Shown in pieces: positions 52,854-58,241 of a DNA stretch of 58,241 nucleotides; within the stretch, counting starts at the first letter, position 1, and each line of letters starts with the position of its first letter. Below the pieces are notes generated by a model that made no database searches, was not told the origin of the DNA, and was given only the letters and a program-made list of their open reading frames with translations. Origin of the DNA: Candidatus Hydrogenedentota bacterium. GTDB lineage: Bacteria; Hydrogenedentota; Hydrogenedentia; Hydrogenedentales; SLHB01. The position numbers and the translations under genes were made by a program. Location: the NCBI GenBank assembly GCA_029974275.1, contig JARKSN010000212.1, positions 1-58,241 of the forward strand, read 5' to 3'.

Positions 52854-52925
52854 TTTATCTATCCTCACACATTATTGATCATGAACACAAAAAAATCAAT
52901 GCATGTATTTGATTTATCTATCTTC
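52854..52925 (-). promoter_or_regulatory. AT-rich promoter/operator of the DUF2089 operon
   Basis: Minus strand TTGATT-N17-AATAAT (52899-52871), palindrome AAATCAA-N9-TTGATTT and direct repeat TTTATCTATCyTC. Confidence 0.55.
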
Positions 52926-53001
52926 CATTAAAATAAATAACTTTCCCCTTTTCAGAAAAATCCCCGGGCACATCCAAATTGTCTCCCTCTTTGTATCGGT
53001 T

Positions 53002-53153
53002 TTGTATGATCGAACACAATTGCCCAGAACACATCTGCTCAATCCGACGCCCTGCCCCCCAATCCCCGCCAGGAATACCATTCGTTAACCCATTGCATCC
53101 AATAATCTTGCGCAAAACGTCCGCCAAACTTCCCTTTCGGCATCAGAATTGCT
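53002..53153 (+). promoter_or_regulatory. Sigma-54 (-24/-12) promoter with upstream palindrome, upstream of rnfB
   Basis: CGGCATCAGAATTGCT at 53138-53153 (GG-N10-GC); TTGT-N10-ACAA at 53002-53019; IHF-like TAAcccaTTGcat at 53086-53098. Confidence 0.6.
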
Positions 53154-53400
53154 CTCGATTAGGCGGTTTGTTCTGTCTGGACAGGCAATCCGCTTTCTGG
53201 CGCTATGCGCCCCAGGAAACCCCGCGCCCAAGCCGCGTGTTCGTGAAACATCCTCCATGCATCGGGAGAACGGCGTCGGCGCGTATTGCCCAAACGCCGC
53301 ATGTCCTGCACGCTGCGTTTTGGCATGGCAGGCGGCGCACCGGCGCACGATTGTACAGGTGGCATTCGGGGCCGTGGTTGGTGTACGATAGGAGCCACGT

Positions 53401-54270
53401 ATGTTTTCAAGCATCCTGACAGCCGGAGGCTTGATGGCGGCGCTCGGCGCGCTGCTGTCGAGTCTACTGGCCTTCGCCAACAAAAAACTCTACGTCTACG
53501 AGGACCCGCGCATCGACGCAGTGGAGGAACTCTTGCCGCGCGCCAATTGCGGCGCCTGCGGACTGGCCGGTTGCCGCGCCTTTGCAGAGGCGGCCGTACA
53601 AGGGAAAATCTCCCCGGGAAAATGCACGGTAAGTTCACACGAGGCGGTGGAAGAGATCGGCGCGCTGTTGGGCGTGATGGCCAATCGCGAAGAAAAGAAA
53701 ACGGCCCGTCTGGCGTGCGCCGGCGGAAAGCATGTAGCGAAATTCCGCGCCCGTTATCAAGGCATCCAGTCCTGTCGCGCGGCAACCGTCGTCTCTGGCG
53801 GCGGCAAGGGCTGCGTGTGGGGATGCCTGGGCCTGGGCGACTGCAAGGAAGTCTGTGATTTTGGCGCCATCGAGATGGGCCACCACGGCTTGCCGGTCGT
53901 TGACCCGGCCAAGTGCGTGGCGTGCGGCGCCTGCGTGGACGCTTGCCCGAAAAAGCTGTTTTCGATTCATCCGATCAGCCACCGGCTGTGGGTCGCGTGC
54001 AAAAGCCGCGCGCGCGGCGACGAGGCCGAATCGCAATGCGAAGTGGCCTGCACGGCGTGCGGGCGTTGCGCGATGGACGCCCCGGCGGGTTTGGTCGCAA
54101 TCAAGGACAATTTAGCGGCGGTCGATTACGAGAAAAACGCGCTGGCAACGCCGGCGGTGATTCAGCGATGCCCGACGGGGGCCATCGTGTGGTTGGACGA
54201 CAAGGGCGCGGTAAAAGGGGCGGCGGCCAAAAAGATACTCCGCAAAGAGCCGCTGCCCGTTGGACGATAG
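53401..54270 (+). CDS. rnfB: Rnf electron transport complex subunit B
   Basis: N-terminal TM helix, EDPRID..LP.ANCGACG.AGC, C..GCLGLGDC..VC and CVACGACVDACP; GGAG RBS. Confidence 0.92.
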   Translation: MFSSILTAGGLMAALGALLSSLLAFANKKLYVYEDPRIDAVEELLPRANCGACGLAGCRAFAEAAVQGKISPGKCTVSSHEAVEEIGALLGVMANREEKKTARLACAGGKHVAKFRARYQGIQSCRAATVVSGGGKGCVWGCLGLGDCKEVCDFGAIEMGHHGLPVVDPAKCVACGACVDACPKKLFSIHPISHRLWVACKSRARGDEAESQCEVACTACGRCAMDAPAGLVAIKDNLAAVDYEKNALATPAVIQRCPTGAIVWLDDKGAVKGAAAKKILRKEPLPVGR

Positions 54271-54339
54271 TGTTTCCGCAAGCAAACCCATGTGACGCGG
54301 CAACGAAGTTGTAACGGCAACCGTTTTAGAGGATGGGCC

Positions 54340-57300
54340 ATGAAAGAAGAGCAAAAGCAAGTCAAGTATCCAGGAATACGCGAAGCGATGGACGGCAATA
54401 CCGCCGTGATCTATTGCGAGCGTGAGTCGAGCGACGCGGCAGGTGCGTATCCGATCACGCCCTCGACGCAGATGGGCGAGTATTGGGCCGAGCAGGCGGC
54501 AGCCGGTCACATCAACATCTCCGGACGTCCGCTGATCTTCATCGAGCCGGAAGGCGAACACGCGGCGGCGGCGGTGACCGCAGGTCTGTCGATGACCGGT
54601 CTGCGCTCGACGAACTTCTCCTCGGGCCAGGGCATCGTGTACATGCACGAGTCGTTGTATGGCGCGGTGGGCAAACGCCTGACATACGTGTTGAACATGG
54701 GATGCCGCGCGATCACCAAGGCGACCTTGAACGTGCACGCCGGACACGACGACTACCACGCGGTGGACGACGCCGGTTTCTTTCAGGTCATGGCCAAAAA
54801 CGTGCAAGAAGCGTGCGACCTCAACATCATTTCCCACCGCATCGCCGAGTTGGCGCTGAATCCCGGCATCGTCGGCCAGGATGGCTTTCTGACCACCCAC
54901 CTCATCGAATCGCTGATGCTGCCCGAGCGCGACCTCATCGAAGAGTACCTGGGCCGCCCCGACGACATCATCGACACGCCGACGCCCGCGCAAAAAATCA
55001 TCTACGGCGAAACCCGCCGGCGCATCCCCGAATTGTGGACCGTCGACGACCCCGTGATGGCAGGCATCGTGCAAAACCAAGACGCCTACATGCAGAGCGT
55101 GGCGGCGCAACGCCCGTTCTTCTTCGATCACATCGCCGCATTGGCCGATCAAGCCATGGAAGAATTCTACGCGCTCACCGGCCGCCGCTACCGCCGCGTT
55201 TCGACGTACAAAATGGAAGACGCCGAATACGTGATCCTGGGCCAGGGAAGCATGATTCCAAACGCGGAAGCCGTCGCGGATTATCTGCGCGAAACGCGCA
55301 AACTCAAGGTCGGCGTGGTCAACATGACCATGTTCCGTCCGTTCCCGGGCGAGGCGCTTGGCGCGATGCTGAAAGGCAAAAAGGGCGTGGCCGTGCTCGA
55401 ACGCACCGACCAGCCCTTGGCCGAAGACCAGCCGTTGATCCGCGAAGTGCGCGCCGCCCTGCTGCGCTGCATCGAAAACGGCCTCGGCAAGACCAAGGCA
55501 TACCCCGAGTACGACGCCTACAAGGCCGAGGACATGCCGCCGTTGTATTCCGGTTGCTACGGCATGGGCAGCCGCGACCTCCAGCCCGAAGCGTTGATCG
55601 GCGCCATCGAGAACATGCTTCCGGACGGCAAACAGAAGAAAACCTTCTACCTGTCGATCGACTTCATCCGCGACAAGGCCTATTCGCCGAAACAGGAAAT
55701 CTACCAACAGGAAATTCTGGCGGGCTATCCGAACATCAAAAACCTGAGCGTCCGCGGCTCCGAAAACCCGAACCTGATGCCCAAGGACAGCGTCACGGTG
55801 CGCTTCCACTCGGTCGGCGGTTGGGGCGCCATCACGACCGGTAAAAATTTGGCGATGACGCTTTTCGATCTGTTGGGCTACCACATCAAGGCGAACCCGA
55901 AATACGGCTCCGAAAAGAAAGGGCAGCCGACGACCTACTACTTGTCCGCCGCGCCCGAGCCCATCCGCGTGAACAGCGAATATTTCTACGTGGACGTCGT
56001 GCTTTCGCCCGATCCGAACGTGTTCGGCCATTCGAACCCGCTGGCCGGCCTGAAAAAAGGCGGCGTGTTCGTGATTCAGTCCGACCTCGAAACGCCGGAA
56101 GCCGTGTGGAACAGCATCCCGCGCGCGTTCCAGCAGATCATCATCGACAACGAAATCAAGGTGTTTTACCTGGACGCCTTCAAGATCGCCCGCGACGAGG
56201 CCTCCGATCCCGAACTGCAGTTCCGCATGCAAGGCATCGCGTTCCAAGGCGCGTTCTTTGCCGCATCCCCGGTCATGCAACAAGCCAAACTGACCGATCA
56301 AAAGCTGTTCGACGCGATCGAATCGCAGTTGAAACACAAATTCGGAGCCAAAGGCGCGCGCGTCGTCGAGGACAACCTGCGCGTCGTGCGCCGAGGCTTC
56401 ACGGAACTCACGGAAATCGCCAACAAGACCGTGAGCGCCCAGGCGGCCATCGAGGTCAAAAAAGAAGTCGCGTTGCCCATAATGTTGAAGGAAATGCCGG
56501 TCAGCGAGTCCCGTTCGACGGACATCCACCGGTTCTGGGAGCAGACCGGAAACTTCTACCTGACGGGACGCGGCGGCGACAACCTCACTGATCCGTTCAT
56601 CGGCCTTAGCCTTATCCCGGTCGCGAGCGGCGTTTTCCGCGACATGACCTCGATCCGCTTCAATCACCCGACCTGGGACCCCGCCAAATGCACCGCGTGC
56701 GGCGCCTGCTGGACGGTCTGCCCGGACTCGGCAATTCCCGGCTTGGTCAACTCGATCAGCGATGTATTCGAGACCGCCGTCAAGCGCGTCGAAGAGACGG
56801 GCGAGAAGCCAAAATACCTGCGCCGTTCCGTGCGCACGACCGAAACCAAGCTGCGCGCCCTGTTGGACGAGACCGGCGAAAAGTCCGACGTCTCGACGCT
56901 GTTGGCCGCCGCCATCAAGCAAACGCTGGCCGAGAGCGCGCTCGCGGACGCCGAACGCGCCGACATGGAAAAGGAATTCCAGCTTTTCTACGACCAGCTT
57001 AAGGACTTCAAATTCGGCGTTTCGCGCCCCTACTACCTGTCCAAGGAACAAGAAGCGAAAGGCAGCGGCGGCCTGCTGTCCATCACCATCGACCCATACA
57101 CCTGCAAAGGCTGCATGGAATGCGTGCGCGTGTGCGACGACAACGCCTTGATCCCAATCGTGCAAACGGCGGAAACAGTCGCCACATTGCGCAAAAACTG
57201 GGGCCTTTGGCTCGACCTGCCGAACACCAAGCCCGAATACGTCCGCATCGACAGCCTCGAAGAAGGCATCGGCGCGCTCGAAACCTTGCTGCTCGACAAG

Positions 57301-58241
57301 GAAGCCTATAAGAGCATGGTCGGCGGCGACGGAGCCTGCGTGGGTTGCGGCGAAAAAACGGCCATGCACCTGTTCACCGCCACGGTGACCGCGCTGATGG
57401 CCCCGCGCGTCAAGCAACACGTTGCCAAGCTGGACGAACTGATCACGCGTCTGGAAAAACACATCCGCCTGAAGCTGGCCGAGTCGATGGACGTCAGCGA
57501 CACTGCCGCCATGGCGCAAGCCGTGAACTCGCTCAAGGACAAGGAACTGACCCTGTCCAACCTGAGCGCAGCTCTCGACGCCGCCAAGATATCGACGCCG
57601 ATCGACGCGGACTGGCTCAAGCGCGTCACCCAATTGCTGGCCAAGCTGAAGCACCTGCGCTGGCAATATCTCCAAGGCAAGACCGGCAAAGGCCGCGCCA
57701 ACATGGGCATGATCAACAGCACCGGCTGCACCTCGGTGTGGGCTTCGACCTATCCCTTCAACCCGTATCCCTTCCCCTGGGCCAATCACCTGTTCCAGGA
57801 CAGTTCCTCGATGGCGATGGGCGTGTTCGAAGGCCACATGGCCAAAATGGCCGATGGCTTCAAGGCAATCCGCATGACGGAGCTCGAACTCGACGGGAAA
57901 TACAAGCCTGAAAAGCACGACAACGCCTTCCGCTACTTCGACTGGCGCCAGTTCACGGACGAAGAGTTCCTGTTGTGCCCGCCGGTCGTGGCGGTCGGCG
58001 GCGACGGAGCCATGTACGACATCGGCTTCCAGAACGTCTCGCGCGTGCTGATGAGCGGCAAGCCCGTCAAAATCTTCGTCGTCGACACGCAAGTCTACTC
58101 AAACACCGGCGGCCAAGCCTGCACCTCCGGCTTCTTCGGCCAAGTCTCCGACATGGCCCAATTCGGCAAGGCGCAAAAAGGCAAGGAAGAAACCCGCAAA
58201 GAAATCGCCCTCATCGGCATGGCCCACCGCACCACCTACGT
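54340..58241 (+). CDS. Large pyruvate:ferredoxin/flavodoxin oxidoreductase (NifJ-type), truncated by the window end
   Basis: Not in the ORF track because it has no stop. My translation gives MKEEQKQVKYPG..DGNTA..AYPITPST, GYHIKANPKYGSEKKG, CTACGACWTVCP, CKGCMECVRVC, GACVGCGE, GGDGAMYDIG and DTQVYSNTGGQ; open for at least 1300 codons. Confidence 0.93.
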   Translation, partial: MKEEQKQVKYPGIREAMDGNTAVIYCERESSDAAGAYPITPSTQMGEYWAEQAAAGHINISGRPLIFIEPEGEHAAAAVTAGLSMTGLRSTNFSSGQGIVYMHESLYGAVGKRLTYVLNMGCRAITKATLNVHAGHDDYHAVDDAGFFQVMAKNVQEACDLNIISHRIAELALNPGIVGQDGFLTTHLIESLMLPERDLIEEYLGRPDDIIDTPTPAQKIIYGETRRRIPELWTVDDPVMAGIVQNQDAYMQSVAAQRPFFFDHIAALADQAMEEFYALTGRRYRRVSTYKMEDAEYVILGQGSMIPNAEAVADYLRETRKLKVGVVNMTMFRPFPGEALGAMLKGKKGVAVLERTDQPLAEDQPLIREVRAALLRCIENGLGKTKAYPEYDAYKAEDMPPLYSGCYGMGSRDLQPEALIGAIENMLPDGKQKKTFYLSIDFIRDKAYSPKQEIYQQEILAGYPNIKNLSVRGSENPNLMPKDSVTVRFHSVGGWGAITTGKNLAMTLFDLLGYHIKANPKYGSEKKGQPTTYYLSAAPEPIRVNSEYFYVDVVLSPDPNVFGHSNPLAGLKKGGVFVIQSDLETPEAVWNSIPRAFQQIIIDNEIKVFYLDAFKIARDEASDPELQFRMQGIAFQGAFFAASPVMQQAKLTDQKLFDAIESQLKHKFGAKGARVVEDNLRVVRRGFTELTEIANKTVSAQAAIEVKKEVALPIMLKEMPVSESRSTDIHRFWEQTGNFYLTGRGGDNLTDPFIGLSLIPVASGVFRDMTSIRFNHPTWDPAKCTACGACWTVCPDSAIPGLVNSISDVFETAVKRVEETGEKPKYLRRSVRTTETKLRALLDETGEKSDVSTLLAAAIKQTLAESALADAERADMEKEFQLFYDQLKDFKFGVSRPYYLSKEQEAKGSGGLLSITIDPYTCKGCMECVRVCDDNALIPIVQTAETVATLRKNWGLWLDLPNTKPEYVRIDSLEEGIGALETLLLDKEAYKSMVGGDGACVGCGEKTAMHLFTATVTALMAPRVKQHVAKLDELITRLEKHIRLKLAESMDVSDTAAMAQAVNSLKDKELTLSNLSAALDAAKISTPIDADWLKRVTQLLAKLKHLRWQYLQGKTGKGRANMGMINSTGCTSVWASTYPFNPYPFPWANHLFQDSSSMAMGVFEGHMAKMADGFKAIRMTELELDGKYKPEKHDNAFRYFDWRQFTDEEFLLCPPVVAVGGDGAMYDIGFQNVSRVLMSGKPVKIFVVDTQVYSNTGGQACTSGFFGQVSDMAQFGKAQKGKEETRKEIALIGMAHRTTY

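Noticed and set aside
54112..58092. 1326-aa minus-strand ORF
   Set aside because: Antisense shadow of the PFOR gene, produced by GC-rich codon bias; no recognisable motifs.

Overview
GC-rich bacterial chromosomal segment, gene-dense, probably from a flagellated anaerobe or facultative anaerobe (lineage cannot be fixed from sequence alone). I found no rRNA, tRNA, CRISPR array or transposase. Left to right: a corrinoid protein plus URO-D-family methyltransferase; a CHASE4-HAMP-PAS histidine kinase split by a frameshift in a C7 run, with its sigma-54 response regulator; cysC; a GH127-like glycosidase; a 3-TM ImcH/NapC-like multiheme cytochrome; a 1109-aa fucokinase-like GHMP kinase/UDP-sugar pyrophosphorylase fusion paired with a GalU-like gene; oppCDF; a large GH13; hslV without hslU; glycan-modifying genes (sulfatase-like, asnB, GT2, deacetylase); a Tat serine hydrolase; a flagellar mini-cluster (fliM, fliN/Y, fliA, FliK-like, FlhB-C-like); a GH3-PKD protein that has lost its catalytic motifs; two paralogous ABC exporters plus a HlyD-like adaptor; flavin reductase; a Cys-rich PAS protein; Wzx, O-antigen ligase and two GT4; pseudopilins with GspK and GspF/PilC; a DUF2089 operon; and rnfB followed by an oversized pyruvate:ferredoxin oxidoreductase behind a sigma-54-type promoter. 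The best candidates for poorly described biology are the kinase-pyrophosphorylase salvage pair, the rnfB-giant PFOR unit, the GH3 pseudoenzyme, the twin ABC exporter and an anti-Shine-Dalgarno hairpin RNA near 28.1 kb. All family calls come from motif recognition, not from database searches.
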